Both the position numbers and the translations under genes were made by a program. From an uncultured Bordetella sp. (GTDB lineage: Bacteria > Pseudomonadota > Gammaproteobacteria > Burkholderiales > SG8-41): a stretch of DNA of 58,485 nt. A model generated the notes under the pieces. It saw only the letters and a program-made list of their open reading frames with translations, was not told where the DNA came from and did no database searches. How positions within the stretch are numbered: the stretch's first letter is position 1; the number at the start of each line of letters is the position of its first letter. Where the stretch lies: contig CAZSIR010000004.1 of assembly GCA_964606765.1 (NCBI GenBank), forward strand, positions 1 to 58,485. Direction: 5' to 3'. Of the stretch, positions 55,982 through 58,485 are shown piece by piece.

Positions 55982-56851
55982 TCAGCTTTCGGGCGAATAA
56001 CCGGCCTTGCGCAGCATGCCTGCCAGTTGCGCGGCATCTCCCGCGCTGCCGAGTCCGCCGATATCCACCGCATAGCGCAAACCTTCGTTCGCGCCATACG
56101 CACGCACCCGTGCCGGATATCCTTCGCCGCGCAGCCGGTCCGCCTGCAGGCCGGCGTCGCTTTTGTCCGCTGCCGTCAGCGTGACGCGATGTTTGCCGCC
56201 GCGGCGGCTGGCGCCACTCGCGGGTGCGATCTCGGTTTCAGTGGCCCATTCCTGCAGTTGCGCCGCCGGCACCGGCGCCACCGGCTGGCGCGAGCCGTCA
56301 CGACCGGCAATAAAAAACGACAGCGGATCCTGCATCGTGAACGCCTGCTCCCGGTGCTGGACATAGACGCGGCCTTCGATCAGGCACACCACATCGCGCT
56401 CGGCCGAGGATTTGCCCCAGACATCCGTGCCGCGGATGCCGGCGGTGACCGTCGCCACACGGATGTTCAAGTCGCGGCTGGCTCGCGGCGAACCGAAAAG
56501 CCGGGTGGTAAAGCGGAACGCGCCCTGCACCACGTCCAGTGCGCCGCTGACGACGCGACCGGCAGCGCTGCTGCGGTCTGCGAGGCGGTCGACGCCAAGA
56601 TTGGCATTTTCTCCGAGCTTGATCGCGCTGCCCTCGGACATGCGCAGCAGGGCGCGCGCACCATTTCCGGTGAGCACCTTGTCGCCATCCCTGAGGATCG
56701 TCCCCGGCACCAGCGGTTCACGGGCACCGCCTGCATGCTCGACCCAGGCCGGACTGACCACGGCTTCGACAGTCAGCGTGCGGGCGCCGGCACTGCCCGT
56801 GGCAAGCGCGGTTAAAAACATCAGCATCAACAGCAGGCTGCGCAGCATCAT
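55982..56851 (-). CDS. secreted FecR-domain protein with a C-terminal SPOR domain
   Basis: ORF 55982..57055 trimmed to MMLRSLLLMLMFLTALATGSAGA. FecR-like beta region (GDKVLTGNGARALLRMSEGSAIKLGENA). C-terminal SPOR-like segment (GYPARVRAYGANEGLRYAVDIGGLGSAGDAAQLAGMLRKAGY). Confidence 0.6.
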   Translation of the reverse strand: MMLRSLLLMLMFLTALATGSAGARTLTVEAVVSPAWVEHAGGAREPLVPGTILRDGDKVLTGNGARALLRMSEGSAIKLGENANLGVDRLADRSSAAGRVVSGALDVVQGAFRFTTRLFGSPRASRDLNIRVATVTAGIRGTDVWGKSSAERDVVCLIEGRVYVQHREQAFTMQDPLSFFIAGRDGSRQPVAPVPAAQLQEWATETEIAPASGASRRGGKHRVTLTAADKSDAGLQADRLRGEGYPARVRAYGANEGLRYAVDIGGLGSAGDAAQLAGMLRKAGYSPES

Positions 56852-56879
56852 TCTGATCTCCCGGCGAGCGGCCCCTTGA

Positions 56880-58485
<1,606 letters not shown>

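Overview
58.5-kb GC-rich (about mid-60s % GC, judged by eye) proteobacterial chromosomal window. The conserved neighbourhoods (bioB/comF, gpmI/rhodanese/grxC/secB/gpsA, DD-carboxypeptidase-dat-ybeD-lipBA, polA/DUF2782/thrB, a Bug-family binding protein) suggest a betaproteobacterium, possibly Rhodocyclales-like; this is inference only. Positions 1245-23962, all on the minus strand, hold a complete MSHA-type type IV pilus locus. The order is mshE-G-F-B-A-A-C-D-O-P-Q-Q followed by mshI-I2-J-K-L-M-N. Many junctions show translational coupling (ATGA or TAATG overlaps). The unusual content is concentrated here. (1) Two tandem giant MshQ paralogs (1283 and 1547 aa) share a C-terminal core but carry unrelated N-terminal modules: a 2 x 495-bp in-frame tandem repeat plus Ig-like, PA14 and LamG modules in one, and two divergent ~215-aa repeats in the other. 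(2) The major pilin gene is tandemly duplicated, with about 11% mostly synonymous divergence and completely different leader peptides. (3) Three near-consensus sigma54 (-24/-12) promoters lie in front of mshE, mshB and the distal mshA. (4) An intrinsic terminator sits between mshA and mshC. Elsewhere, a PglL-family O-oligosaccharyltransferase-like gene is translationally coupled to the rhodanese-grxC-secB operon 3.4 kb from the pilus locus. A PaaK-like adenylate-forming ligase plus a methyltransferase-fold partner are wedged after polA. An ECF sigma with a minimal 59-aa ZAS anti-sigma lies divergent from a sigma32-type hsp20 promoter. A 27-bp-arm inverted repeat sits between lipA and a TlpA-like gene. 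No rRNA, tRNA, CRISPR, transposase or integrase was seen. All calls rest on reading the translated ORFs, remembered family motifs and hand alignment; no database search was possible.
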